64,000 nucleotides of DNA from Candidatus Spongiisociaceae bacterium (GCA_965262915.1 OZ253564.1:2464001-2528000); one strand, 5' to 3'; positions 37,130-47,320 are shown, counted from the stretch's first letter. The notes: generated by a model from the sequence alone, not told the origin. Numbers and translations: made by a program.

Positions 37130-38202
37130 GCCGACTCCGCCCTACCCAGGCGCGGATCCACCATCCAGAGGACCACGTCGACGAGCAGGTAGTTGACGAT
37201 GTTGAACACCGCGGCCAGCAGGATGAAACCCTGGAGGGCGGCGAAGTCGGCGCCTCTCAGAGCCGAGACGGCGTACTGCCCCACTCCACCCCACGAGTAG
37301 ATCTGCTCGACGAGAACCGCTCCTCCCAGAAGGAAGCCGTAGGTGATGCCGGCCACCGTCGCCACCGGCGGCAGGGCCAAGCGGACGACGCGCCGGTCGG
37401 TGAGCCGCTGGCGGATCCCGGCGCTGGCATACAGATCGTTGAAACCGGCCCGCATGGCCTCTTCGGAAGCGGCATTGGCGACTTTCACGATCAAGCCCGA
37501 GTAGACGAGCGTGAGGGTGAGCACGGGCAGGGCAAGGTGCTGGAGTGCCAGCCATAGCGTCGATAGGTCACCGGCCAGGAGCGAGTCGATGGTCAGCAAG
37601 CCGGTGACCCGGTCGGGTGGGGTGGCGAACCCGAGACGGCCGATGGGAGGCGGGAGGATCCCCCACGTATAGGAGAACAGGAACGCGAGGATCAGCGCCA
37701 GCCAGAAGTCCGGAATCGACCCGGAGAACATGGCATAGCCGAAGATCACCTTGCCCTTGCCCCGCATGCGCCGCCGAGCCATGGCGAAGCCCAGCGGGAT
37801 TCCCAGCACCAGGGAGACGAGCATCGCCAGCGAGATGAGCTCGAGGGTGGCCGGGGCCCGCTGGACCAGATCGTCGAAGACCGGCCTTCCGCTGGTGATC
37901 GAATCACCCAGGTCCCCCTGCGCAAGGTTGACGAGGAACGTCCAGAACTGGACAGGCAGGGACTCGTCGAGCCCCAAATGGCGACGGATGGATGCCAGTA
38001 CCCGTTCGCTCGCGGCGGGTCCGGCTATGACTCGGGCGGGGTCTCCCGGGACGAGGCGGATCAGGAAGAAAGCCGCCGTTGCCGCGCCGACCAACTGGAT
38101 GATCACGAAGCGGCCCCGACGAGCGACCAGGCGGCCGAGCCGCCCTAGACCACTCCGCTTCCCGGCGCTTCCCCTAGCCGCCTCTGTCGGCGTAGCAGTC
38201 AC
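37126..38202 (-). CDS. ABC transporter permease (DppB-like)
   Basis: PGDPA, GLDESL, GDLGDS, PATLEL, GAVLVEQI. Confidence 0.92.
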   Translation of the reverse strand: MTATPTEAARGSAGKRSGLGRLGRLVARRGRFVIIQLVGAATAAFFLIRLVPGDPARVIAGPAASERVLASIRRHLGLDESLPVQFWTFLVNLAQGDLGDSITSGRPVFDDLVQRAPATLELISLAMLVSLVLGIPLGFAMARRRMRGKGKVIFGYAMFSGSIPDFWLALILAFLFSYTWGILPPPIGRLGFATPPDRVTGLLTIDSLLAGDLSTLWLALQHLALPVLTLTLVYSGLIVKVANAASEEAMRAGFNDLYASAGIRQRLTDRRVVRLALPPVATVAGITYGFLLGGAVLVEQIYSWGGVGQYAVSALRGADFAALQGFILLAAVFNIVNYLLVDVVLWMVDPRLGRAESA

Positions 38203-38297
38203 TTAACGGTCTGCACGACCCGACGGTGACCCGCCGCGGCGACAGAGTGCAATCGTCATCCTCCAGCACTCTCCTGTAGCACGGATAGACGGTAGGA

Positions 38298-38336
38298 CCG
38301 GTGCCGGACGGGCTCCCACCCGCCCGGCACCCGGTT
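38298..38336 (-). terminator. GC-rich stem-loop after the substrate-binding protein gene
   Basis: CCGGTGCCGGACGGG...CCCGCCCGGCACCCGG inverted repeat between the SBP and permease genes. Confidence 0.5.
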
Positions 38337-38341
38337 GCTTC

Positions 38342-40114
38342 CTACGAACGGCTCAGGTCGTAGAACCAGATCTGGTTGTTCGGGTACCACGTGTAACCCT
38401 CGATGTCGGGAGCGAATCCGTACCTCGTCGGCGCGCCCACCACCGAGAGGTGCGGAACGTCGTCAGCCATGATCTGCTGGATCTCGGTGACCAATGCGGT
38501 CCGCTCCGCGCCCGGCAGGACCGCCAGCGCCTCGGCGATGGCCGCGTCGAAGCGCTCGTTGGTGAACCCGCCGAAGCTCAGGAAACCGGTCGGACCCGAG
38601 ACATACAGAAGGTAGTGGTACGGGATGTCGGAAACGATGGCGTAGCCCTGGTGCAGCACCATGCCGATGTCGCCGGAGTTACCGACCTCGATATAGGCGG
38701 CTGCCGGCCGGGCGTCGATCTCGACGTTGACCCCTATCTGCGCCAGCGAGTCCCGGAGCAGAACTGCGACATTGTCGTGGTCGGCCACGTCGGCGTTGAT
38801 CAGAAGCGGGATGTCGAACCCGTCCGGATACCCTGCCTCGGCCAGCAACTGCTTCGCCGTCTCGATGTCGCCGTCGGCGGGATAGGGCCACACCTCGCCG
38901 GCGTAGTCGGGATACGAGGAGGGCGCCACCATCGACAGCGGGGCGGCGTCTCCCCCGTACACGTCGTTGATGATCCGGGATTGGTTGACCGCGTACTGCA
39001 TCGCCCGCCTGACCGCCGGGTCGGTGGTCGGCCCGGAGCCTTCGCGGGTGTTCATGGCAGCGAAGATCACCTGGTTACGAACGGCGGAGACTGTCTTGCC
39101 CTCTTCGGGGCTCAGCGACGCGAGTTCCCGGCTGGACAGGTTCTCGGCTATGTCGATCTGGCCCTGCTTGAGCAAGGCGAGGCGCTGTGACGAGTCGGGG
39201 ATCTCCCGGTAGATGATCTCGGAGAAGAAGGGCTCACCTCGCCAGTAGTTCTCGTTGGCCTTGAGCACCAGCTGGGAACCCGGGGTGAACTCCTCCACAT
39301 AGTAGGGGCCGAACCCCATCTGGTTCCGCTTCATCCACTCGGTCGCCCACGGGTCGTCATCGGTGGCGTTCGCCTTGGCCACCGTCGAATCCGCCGGGCT
39401 GATGGTCTGGAGCTGCATGGCCCGGTAGAACAGCGGGTTGGGAGCGGTGATGGTTATCTCCACGGTCCAGTCGTCGATCACCTTGACGTTGTCCATCGAC
39501 GGGATCTTGGCGACCCCGACTACGAAGGCGCCGACCACGGCAACGCCGAAGTTACGTTCGATCATCCAGCGCAAGTCCTCGGAGGTGAATTCGTTACCCT
39601 CCGCGCTCATCACGCCCTGGCGGAGATGCAGGGTGTAGGTGAGGTTGTCGGCCGAGACCTCGGTCCGCTCGACCAGGGCGGGGAGCATCCCTGCGTCTCC
39701 CTTGCGCAGCTCTGTGGCTCCGCGCACACCGCCGGGTCCTTCCTCCGACTCGAACCAGTAGAGGGAGTCGAGGACCGTGGTGATGATCTCTACGGACTCC
39801 TGTCCGGGTGCGAACTCCGGGTCCAGTGTGACGGGAAGAGCGGCCACTCCGACGATCAGCCGGCGATTCTCGTCCGAGGGCATCTCCTCGGGTTCTTCGG
39901 GCATCTCCTCGGGTTCTTCGGGCATTTCCTCGGGTTCTTCGGGCATTTCCTCAGGTCCCTCGGCCGCGGCCTGGGTGGTGGTGGCAGCCCGTGTGGTGGT
40001 CGGGTCCGCCTCGTCGTCACCACCGCACGCGGCGCCGACCAAGGTAAGTACCAGCAGAATCCCCAACAGTTTCCGGATCCGGTTCGCAATCATCACGCTC
40101 TCCTCTCGCGTCAC
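38342..40114 (-). CDS. ABC transporter substrate-binding lipoprotein (family 5)
   Basis: Lipobox GAAC, TLDP, YTLHLRQGV, GFGPY, VRRAMQYAVN. Confidence 0.92.
   Translation of the reverse strand: MTREESVMIANRIRKLLGILLVLTLVGAACGGDDEADPTTTRAATTTQAAAEGPEEMPEEPEEMPEEPEEMPEEPEEMPSDENRRLIVGVAALPVTLDPEFAPGQESVEIITTVLDSLYWFESEEGPGGVRGATELRKGDAGMLPALVERTEVSADNLTYTLHLRQGVMSAEGNEFTSEDLRWMIERNFGVAVVGAFVVGVAKIPSMDNVKVIDDWTVEITITAPNPLFYRAMQLQTISPADSTVAKANATDDDPWATEWMKRNQMGFGPYYVEEFTPGSQLVLKANENYWRGEPFFSEIIYREIPDSSQRLALLKQGQIDIAENLSSRELASLSPEEGKTVSAVRNQVIFAAMNTREGSGPTTDPAVRRAMQYAVNQSRIINDVYGGDAAPLSMVAPSSYPDYAGEVWPYPADGDIETAKQLLAEAGYPDGFDIPLLINADVADHDNVAVLLRDSLAQIGVNVEIDARPAAAYIEVGNSGDIGMVLHQGYAIVSDIPYHYLLYVSGPTGFLSFGGFTNERFDAAIAEALAVLPGAERTALVTEIQQIMADDVPHLSVVGAPTRYGFAPDIEGYTWYPNNQIWFYDLSRS
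39878..39952. repeat. 21-bp in-frame tandem repeat (EEMPEEP), about 3.5 copies
   Basis: GGGCATYTCCTCGGGTTCTTC repeated in the SBP linker. Confidence 0.9.
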
Positions 40115-40252
40115 CCCCCTACAGGTAACGCTCTCACGACCTCACGAATATAGTGCCTAGGGTCAGGGCCGTCCATAGGTGGGTCGCCGGCCGGTGGACG
40201 TGGGGTGGTTAGGCAGCGTTGACAGGTGGCTCGGTCGTGGTCGGTGGTCGGC

Positions 40253-41098
40253 CTAGCCGTCGCCCAGCTTGACGAAGAGGTCTGCCCCGGTAGGAGTGGA
40301 CAGGTGCACCCGTCCTGAGTCGGCCGGGAGGTGGACCAGGTCTCCCCGGCCTGCGGTTCGGTCGTCGATACCCAACTCCCCCGACGTGACATATCCGATC
40401 AGCAGACGGCCGAGCCGGTGCGGCTCCCGGTCTCGGTAGCCGGGGTGGAAGCGGGCCAGCAGGGAGCAAGAGCCGCTGATCCAGTTCCTGCTCAGCATCT
40501 TGACGGACAGGGACGGGTGGTCGAGGTTCCGCATCCAGTCTTCCCCCCGCGCCAGGACCGTCGCCGGGACCCAGGGCATGAGCGACGATGGCAGCCGGCG
40601 TATCCATCCCCGGGGGCCTACGGCCGTCTCCAGGTCTTCGAACAGGACGTTGCGACCGAGATCGTCGGAGGGCCGTACCCGCCGGGAGGCCGGCCCGCTC
40701 CGGTCGCCTTCGCTGACCCCCTCCTGCATCAACAGGCCCAGGAAACCTGTCGGGGCACGGGCTGCATGGACCCACCCAGGAGGTCGCCAGAAGTAGTCGC
40801 CCGCCGCCACTTCACCCTCCCCGTCGATCTCGCAGCCACCTTCGAGCACCAGACACTCCTCCACCGAGTCGTGATAGGCGGGACCGGGGTCGGCGAAGCC
40901 CGGCAGCAGGCGTACGAGGTCGATCCGCCGGGTGGTTTCGGGGTCGTCGAGCAGCGTTTTCTGCTCCCATAGGGAGTAGGTGGCCGCCAACTCCGCTTCC
41001 GGCCCCACGTTGCCCGCGTAGCCGTCCGGCATCCCTTCCACCGTGTCGAGCCCCCTGACCGGGGCGACCTGCTCGCCGCGGACCACCTGCGCAGTCAT
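40253..41098 (-). CDS. Tandem cupin-domain protein
   Basis: YHDSVEECLVLEG...GDYFWRPPGWVH. Confidence 0.75.
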   Translation of the reverse strand: MTAQVVRGEQVAPVRGLDTVEGMPDGYAGNVGPEAELAATYSLWEQKTLLDDPETTRRIDLVRLLPGFADPGPAYHDSVEECLVLEGGCEIDGEGEVAAGDYFWRPPGWVHAARAPTGFLGLLMQEGVSEGDRSGPASRRVRPSDDLGRNVLFEDLETAVGPRGWIRRLPSSLMPWVPATVLARGEDWMRNLDHPSLSVKMLSRNWISGSCSLLARFHPGYRDREPHRLGRLLIGYVTSGELGIDDRTAGRGDLVHLPADSGRVHLSTPTGADLFVKLGDG

Positions 41099-42495
41099 CC
41101 CGGCCCTCGGTCGGCGGTGGGCGGCTCCGGGTGCCGGGGAGTCCAGCCCGCCAGTTCCTGGACTACGGCGCCGCCGTCCAGCACCTCCGGTTCCGCGTGT
41201 GGCCGGCCGATCACCTGGATTCCGATCGGAAGGCCGTCCGGCGACCAGCCGACCGGGATGCTGGCCGCCGGGTGCCCGGTGAGCGAGCAGAGGGACAGGG
41301 GCCGGATGAGGGTCAGGTCGCGGGGCGTCACGACCCCGTCCGGAAACGCCAACTCCTCCTTGTCGGGAAACGGTGCGGTGACGTGTTGGGAGGGCGCTAC
41401 CACCAGATCGGCCGTGTCGAGGATACTGTTGAGGCGGTCCCGGTAGACGCCCCGCAGGCGCTGCGCGTCCACGTAGTCCACCGCACGCAACTCCATGCCG
41501 AGTTCCAGGTAGGCGAGGACGTCGTCACCGTAAAGGTCGGGGCGCTCCTCGAGCCGACGGCGGTGATAGGCGGACGCCTCTGCGGCCAGGATGACGAAGA
41601 TGGTGGCTATCACCTCCCCGGGATCGGCCACCTCCACCTCCTCGATCTCCGCCCCGGCGTCCGAGAGGCGGTCGAGGACCGAACGGAGCACGGACCCGAC
41701 CTCCGGTTGCATCGGCGTCATGAGTTCGCTCAGCAGAGCCACCTTGCGCACCGGCCTTCCGGTAGGTGGCCGGAGCGCGGCTGCCAGGGTGGCGGGATCG
41801 GTCGGGTCGGGTCCGACCATCAGCTCGATCAGTGCCCGGCTGTCGTCGATGGTGCGGGTCATCGGACCTACCGTGTCCAGCGACCAGGCCAGGGGTACGA
41901 CCCCTCGGTATGACACGTTGCCGTAGGTGGGTTTCAGTCCCGCCAATCCGCACAGCGCCGCGGGTTCCCTGACGGAGCCCGCGCTGTCGGTTCCCAGAGC
42001 TCCGAAGGCCTCTCCGGTGGCGACCGCGGCGCCCGATCCACCGCTGGATCCGCCCGGCATCCGGCTCGTGTCCCATGGGTTGCGGGTCGGAGGGGTCAGA
42101 GCCCCGTACGCGAACTCGTGGGTGTTGGACTTGGCGAGGATGATCGCACCCGCCGCCCGGAGACGGCCGACGACGGTGGCGTCATCGGTGGCCACATTCC
42201 CGGCCATCTGCCTCGAACCGGCTTCGGTGGGTGCTCCGGCTACATCGATGAGGTCCTTCACGACGATAGGCACCCCGTGGAGCGGTCCCCGCCACCTCCC
42301 CGAAGCTGCCTCCGCGTCGCGGGCGGCCGCCTCCTCGAGTGATTGGTCGGCCAGGACGAACGGCAGGGCGGCGATGTGCGGTTCCCACAACTCGATCTGG
42401 CGGAGGCAGGCTTCCACCAGGTCCCTGGCGGACAAGCGGCCCGAGCGGACCTCCCCGGCGGCCTCGATCAGCGACAGCCGGGCGATCCCGGTCAT
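41095..42495 (-). CDS. Amidase-signature family enzyme
   Basis: LHGVPIVVKD, PGGSSGGS, GTDSAGSVREPA. Confidence 0.93.
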   Translation of the reverse strand: MTGIARLSLIEAAGEVRSGRLSARDLVEACLRQIELWEPHIAALPFVLADQSLEEAAARDAEAASGRWRGPLHGVPIVVKDLIDVAGAPTEAGSRQMAGNVATDDATVVGRLRAAGAIILAKSNTHEFAYGALTPPTRNPWDTSRMPGGSSGGSGAAVATGEAFGALGTDSAGSVREPAALCGLAGLKPTYGNVSYRGVVPLAWSLDTVGPMTRTIDDSRALIELMVGPDPTDPATLAAALRPPTGRPVRKVALLSELMTPMQPEVGSVLRSVLDRLSDAGAEIEEVEVADPGEVIATIFVILAAEASAYHRRRLEERPDLYGDDVLAYLELGMELRAVDYVDAQRLRGVYRDRLNSILDTADLVVAPSQHVTAPFPDKEELAFPDGVVTPRDLTLIRPLSLCSLTGHPAASIPVGWSPDGLPIGIQVIGRPHAEPEVLDGGAVVQELAGWTPRHPEPPTADRGPG

Positions 42496-42662
42496 CGGGA
42501 CCGGTCTGCGGGGAACGGATCGACGACGTACACGACGGGCAGCACCCGGTCGCGTGGCAGCTGCATGGCTACGGAACGGACCGTTCCGGCCAGCACCGTG
42601 GCCAGGTCCGGGGCTTCTACCTCCTCGCCGCCCGGCTCGTCGCGGGTTCGGTCATCGCCCAT
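42492..42662 (-). CDS. 56-aa small protein translationally coupled to the amidase
   Basis: Open frame MGDDRTRDEPGGEEVEAPDLATVLAGTVRSVAMQLPRDRVLPVVYVVDPFPADRSR whose TGA overlaps the amidase ATG (ATGA). Confidence 0.55.
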   Translation of the reverse strand: MGDDRTRDEPGGEEVEAPDLATVLAGTVRSVAMQLPRDRVLPVVYVVDPFPADRSR

Positions 42663-42685
42663 CGGTCATCCCGAGGCGTGTCGAC

Positions 42686-43483
42686 TCATCCCGCCACGAA
42701 CCGGGCCACCCGCTCGGCGTACTCCTCCGGTACGCGGATGGGTAACTGGCCGGGCAATCCGGGAACAATCGAGATGCGGGCATCGGGGATCAGGGCGGCG
42801 GCCGGTTCGTCCTGATCGGCGAATATGTCGAACTCGGCGTCGAGCAGCAGGGTCGGGCAGGAGAGGCGTCGCAGGCCGGGCTCGGGGTCGTACCGGAAGG
42901 CGGCGTTGTAGGCCCACTCGTACCGATCCAGCACCGACAGGACATGGATCGCGCCCACATGCAGGACCGCCGGGTCCGAGTCTGCGCCCCAGATTCTCCG
43001 GTAGCGCTGCCAGGCCCATTCCAGATGCTTCCCCTCGGAGGTGGGTTGCATCGGCGGTGACCAGGATGCCAGGTATTGGCGGCGTTCCTCCTCGGTCATC
43101 AGCGGCACGCCGGTGAGGATGGCGTGGGTCGCACGACCGGGTTCGGCCTGCAGCGCTACCTCGAGGGCCAGTGACGCCCCCGTGTGGACTCCGGCGACCG
43201 CGAACGTGTCGAGGCCGAGGGCGTCGGCGGCCTCGAGCAGCATGGCCGAGTAGTCGGGTATCTCGAACCTGTCGTGGGGAGGCGGATCGGAATGCCCGTA
43301 TCCGGGAGTGTCGAAGGCGTAAGCACGCATGCGCCTGCCCAACTGCGGCAGGGCCCGTTGGTAGGCCATGCCCGACAGCGGCGACTCGTGGAAAAACAGG
43401 GCGGCCGGGCCGCGCTGCCCGGATGTGCGGTAGTGGACCTGGCCCCACTCGACATCCACATAGCCTCGCCGTACCGAATGCAT
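42686..43483 (-). CDS. Alpha/beta hydrolase
   Basis: RRGYVD..WGQVHYR, FHESP, DTPGYG.SD. Atypical nucleophile elbow GVHTG. Confidence 0.85.
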   Translation of the reverse strand: MHSVRRGYVDVEWGQVHYRTSGQRGPAALFFHESPLSGMAYQRALPQLGRRMRAYAFDTPGYGHSDPPPHDRFEIPDYSAMLLEAADALGLDTFAVAGVHTGASLALEVALQAEPGRATHAILTGVPLMTEEERRQYLASWSPPMQPTSEGKHLEWAWQRYRRIWGADSDPAVLHVGAIHVLSVLDRYEWAYNAAFRYDPEPGLRRLSCPTLLLDAEFDIFADQDEPAAALIPDARISIVPGLPGQLPIRVPEEYAERVARFVAG

Positions 43484-43535
43484 ATGCGGCGGAATGGTAC
43501 CGTGTGGCGGTGGAATCGGTGATGCGTCCGAGAAC

Positions 43536-45110
43536 ATGACGGCCGGCCTTCCTTCCGGCCTCCGCCAGGCTCTGCACGACATCCTCGGGAAGGACTCGGT
43601 CTTGGAGGGCGAGGACGACCGGCGCTTCTTCTCCCATGACATCTTCGAGGCCGGGGCGACAGCCGCGGCAGTGATCCGCCCCGGCACGGTCGAGCAACTC
43701 GCCACCGCGGTGCGCAACGTGACTACGGTCGGGTTCGCCGTCGTACCGAGGGGAGGCGGGGTCTCCTACACCGGCGGCTACCTCCCCGAGAGCGCCGCGT
43801 CGGTCATGGTCGACACACGGGCGCTCGACCGGGTGATAGATGTCAACACCACCGACATGTACGTGACGGTGGAGGCCGGCTGCACCTGGGAGCAACTCAG
43901 CGAGGTTCTCGAAGGGACCGGGACCAGGACCCCGTTCGGTGGGCCTTTCTCCGGCCGGTACGCCACCGTAGGCGGAACCCTGTCCCAGAACGCCATCCTG
44001 TGGGGATCGGCCGCCCACGGCGGGGCTGCCGACTCGGTGCTCGGACTGGGAGTGATACTGGCCGACGGCACGCTGGTGCGTACGGGGTCCGCCGCGACGT
44101 CGGCGGGGTCGCCCTTCCATCGCTACTTCGGTCCCGACCTGACCGGCGCCTTCCTGGGCGATTCGGGCGCTCTCGGGATCAAGGTCGAGGCCACCCTGCC
44201 TCTGATGCCGAAGCCCGCCGCCGCCCGGTTCGCCTCGTTCTCCTTCCGGGACCGGCGCAGGTTCGTGGACGCCATGGCCGACGTGGCGCGGTCGGGCACG
44301 GCCTCCACCTGCTTCGGGCTCGATCCGCTGCTCCAGTACCAGCGGGTCCGCAAGACCCGGCTGCGGGAAGGAGCCCGGAAGCTGCGAGGGGTGGTCGCCA
44401 CCGCGGAGACCACGGTGGCAGGCCTGAGGGAGGCGGCCGCGGTGGCCCTGCGAGGACGGCGGGTGGCCGACGTACACGGCTACGCGCTGCATGTGATCGT
44501 CGAGGGCCGCTCCGCCGAGGCGGCCGATGCCGCCATCGCCGAGATAACAGCCATGAGCCGTGCGGGCAGCCGCCAACTCCCCGATTCGGTCCCCCGGGTC
44601 ATGGTCGGCAACCCCTACGTGAGCCTGGCCGCCACGCTGGGGCCCGAGGGCGAGCGGTGGATCCCCACCCACGGCATCTTCCCGCTGTCGGCCGTGAACG
44701 ACGCCTGGGACCGGCTCGACAAGCTGTTCGCCCACTTCGCCGCACCGATAGAGCGGTTCGGGATCGTGACCGGTCTCCTGACGGCGGTGGTGGGCACGGG
44801 AGGCTGCATCCTGGAGGTGGTGCTGTACTGGCCCGGACCCCGCAACCTGTGGCACGAGCGGATGCTGGACCCCTCCAAGCTCAGCCGCTACCGGGACTTC
44901 GAGGACGACCCCGAAGTGGACCGCGTCATCGTGGAGTTGCGGTCCCGGCTCATCGAAACGTTCCATCAGGCCGGGGCGGCCCACCTGCAGATCGGCAAGC
45001 GATACCCCTACCTGGACGGGCTCGATCCCGGCGCCAGGGGCCTGCTGGAAGCGATCAAGGACCACGTCGATCCGCACCGCCTGACCAACCCCGGCTCGCT
45101 GGGCCTCTGA
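43536..45110 (+). CDS. FAD-binding oxidoreductase (GlcD/VAO-like)
   Basis: VPRGGGVSYTGG, VEAGCTW, ATVGG, GALGI, DPHRLTNPG. Confidence 0.9.
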   Translation: MTAGLPSGLRQALHDILGKDSVLEGEDDRRFFSHDIFEAGATAAAVIRPGTVEQLATAVRNVTTVGFAVVPRGGGVSYTGGYLPESAASVMVDTRALDRVIDVNTTDMYVTVEAGCTWEQLSEVLEGTGTRTPFGGPFSGRYATVGGTLSQNAILWGSAAHGGAADSVLGLGVILADGTLVRTGSAATSAGSPFHRYFGPDLTGAFLGDSGALGIKVEATLPLMPKPAAARFASFSFRDRRRFVDAMADVARSGTASTCFGLDPLLQYQRVRKTRLREGARKLRGVVATAETTVAGLREAAAVALRGRRVADVHGYALHVIVEGRSAEAADAAIAEITAMSRAGSRQLPDSVPRVMVGNPYVSLAATLGPEGERWIPTHGIFPLSAVNDAWDRLDKLFAHFAAPIERFGIVTGLLTAVVGTGGCILEVVLYWPGPRNLWHERMLDPSKLSRYRDFEDDPEVDRVIVELRSRLIETFHQAGAAHLQIGKRYPYLDGLDPGARGLLEAIKDHVDPHRLTNPGSLGL

Positions 45111-45352
45111 GAGCGGCGCCGGCCGAGCGGGTCGGCTCCATCCGACCGGATTGCCCCGCCGGAGGCACCAGGCGCTTGCCGGCGGTGACCGATCCGGCTC
45201 GTCGGTGTCGCACTCGCGGTCACGTAGCACCTGTCCGCGGGCCTGGCGAGTAGGGCCCGGTCTCGACCCGGCGGGCGGGCCGAGCGATACCCTATAGTTG
45301 CGCGCAGGGCGGCTATCCGTCGCCAACCCGGACACGGGGATCTGGAGACGAC

Positions 45353-46408
45353 ATGAACGAGTCGACCGCTACGGTGCCGAGAATGACCAGCCGGGAGCGA
45401 GTGCTGGCTGCGCTCCGACGGGAGCCGGTGGACAGAACGCCCGTCGCCAACCCGACCTCCGTGGCGACGGTCGAGCTCATGGATCTGGTGGATGCCTACT
45501 TCCCCGAGGCCAACCGCGACCCGGAACTGATGGCCCGCCTGGCCGCCACGGGTCATACCGAACTCGGTTTCGACAGCATCATGCCGGTGTTCTCGATCAT
45601 CCAGGAATCCTCCGCCCTCGGATGCAAGATGCAATGGGAACAGAAGGACAACTGGCCGACGGTCCGGATGCGGGAGCCGATCTGGGAGCAACCCGAGGAC
45701 ATCAACATTCCCGATGGCTTCCTGGACCATCAGGACACCAGGTGCGTGCTCGACGCGATCAAGATCCTGAGGCGGGAGTTCGGCGACGACGTGGCGATCA
45801 TCGGCAAGACGATGGGACCCTGGACTCTGGGGTACCACTGCTTCGGGGTCGAACCGTTCCTGCTGATGTCCTACGACGACGAGGCCAAGACCAAGGACGC
45901 TCTCGATCGCATGAAGGAGATCTCGGTGCTGTTCGGTGTAGCCCAGATAGAAGCCGGCGCCGACGCGCTCACCTTTCCTGATCATGCCACCGGGGACCTC
46001 GTATCCGGGGACTACTACTACCGCTACCTGAAGGACCTCCACATCGAGATGGTCGAACGCATCCCGGTTCCTTTGATCCTGCACATCTGCGGGCGGACGG
46101 TGGACCGGATGGGGTTCATAGCCGACACGGGAATGGCCGCCTTCCACTACGACTCCAAGAACAAGCCGCAGGAGTCCATGGAGGCCGTCCACGGCGGCAT
46201 CGCGCTGGTCGGCAACGTGAACAACCCCGAGACGCTCTTCTCCAGGGGACCGGCCGAAGTGCGGCAGCAGGTCCTGGCCAACCTCGAAGCCGGCGTGCAG
46301 ATGGTCGCCCCGGAGTGCGCCATCCCCCTCCAGACTCCCATCGAGAACCTGCTCGAGATCCCCAAGACCGTGCGGGACTGGCACGCCGAGCGTGCCTCGG
46401 CGGCTTGA
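45353..46408 (+). CDS. MtaA/CmuA-family methylcobamide methyltransferase (URO-D fold)
   Basis: SRERVLAAL, GPWTL, AQIEAGAD, LHICG Zn motif, GNV, APECAI. Confidence 0.85.
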   Translation: MNESTATVPRMTSRERVLAALRREPVDRTPVANPTSVATVELMDLVDAYFPEANRDPELMARLAATGHTELGFDSIMPVFSIIQESSALGCKMQWEQKDNWPTVRMREPIWEQPEDINIPDGFLDHQDTRCVLDAIKILRREFGDDVAIIGKTMGPWTLGYHCFGVEPFLLMSYDDEAKTKDALDRMKEISVLFGVAQIEAGADALTFPDHATGDLVSGDYYYRYLKDLHIEMVERIPVPLILHICGRTVDRMGFIADTGMAAFHYDSKNKPQESMEAVHGGIALVGNVNNPETLFSRGPAEVRQQVLANLEAGVQMVAPECAIPLQTPIENLLEIPKTVRDWHAERASAA

Positions 46409-46425
46409 GGGGAGACGCAGGAGAC

Positions 46426-47178
46426 ATGGCGGAACTGTCCGACATCGGCAACGAGATCATCCGGTTCGAGATCGAGGACTACCTGGAACGGCCGGAGGAG
46501 ATAAGCCGCAACATCGAGCTCTTCAGCCGGGCCCGGCCGCTCATGCAGGACATCGCCGCAGCCCTGATCGAGGGCGAGCACCACGATGTCGACCGCCTCA
46601 CGCAGCACGCGCTCGACGAGGGTATAGAGGCCCTCGAGGTCATGGACGACGGCCTGATCGCCGGGATGGGCATCGTCGGTATCAAGTTCAGGGAGAACTT
46701 CATCTTCGTGCCCGAGGTTCTGGCGTGTGCCCGCGCCATGAAGGCCGGAATGCGCTACATCGAACCCATTCTCTCCGCCTCGGGGGTCAAGCCGGCCGGG
46801 ACGGTGATCATGGGAACCGTCAAGGGCGACCTCCATGACATCGGCAAGAACCTGTGCATCATGATGCTGAGAGGCTCCGGGTTCGTCGTCGTGGATCTGG
46901 GGGTCGACACGTCGCCGGACGAGTTCATCGATGCGGTCGAGGAACACGAGGCGAAGGTGCTGGGAATGTCCGCGTTGCTGACCACGACCATGCCGAACAT
47001 GGGCCGGACGATCGAGGCGTTCATCGATGAAGACCTCCGCGACGAGGTGCAGATCATGGTGGGTGGCGCCCCGGTCACCCAGGAGTTCGCCGACGACATG
47101 GGCGCCGACGGCTACGGCAAGGACGCGCTCGCCTGCGTAGCCCTGGCCAAGCAGCTCATCGCGGATGCGCAGGCCTGA
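46426..47178 (+). CDS. Corrinoid (cobalamin-binding) protein
   Basis: GLIAGM..VG.KF, GTVKGDLHDIGKNL, MSALLTTTM, VGGAPVT. Confidence 0.93.
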   Translation: MAELSDIGNEIIRFEIEDYLERPEEISRNIELFSRARPLMQDIAAALIEGEHHDVDRLTQHALDEGIEALEVMDDGLIAGMGIVGIKFRENFIFVPEVLACARAMKAGMRYIEPILSASGVKPAGTVIMGTVKGDLHDIGKNLCIMMLRGSGFVVVDLGVDTSPDEFIDAVEEHEAKVLGMSALLTTTMPNMGRTIEAFIDEDLRDEVQIMVGGAPVTQEFADDMGADGYGKDALACVALAKQLIADAQA

Positions 47179-47221
47179 AGGTGTCGCGGACGGGAGTTGC
47201 CGACGGCTCTGCGATAGCAAG

Positions 47222-47289
47222 TGGTCTTTCTGTGAGACGGCGGCGTGGCATGTGTGCAGAGCACGGCAAGTTGTCTTGCAGACAGACCA
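47222..47289. mobile_element. MITE family B, internally deleted (68 bp)
   Basis: TGGTCTTTCTGTGA...GCACGGCAAGTTG..TGCAGACAGACCA. Confidence 0.7.
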
Positions 47290-47320
47290 CCAGACCCGAC
47301 GGCAGGATCATTTGAACCCG

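Noticed and set aside
42666-45335. Long antisense or alternate-frame ORFs (889 aa here; also 17694..20054, 24192..25928, 60838..62667)
   Set aside because: Shadow ORFs of high-GC genes, with no recognisable motifs and overlapping well-supported CDSs.
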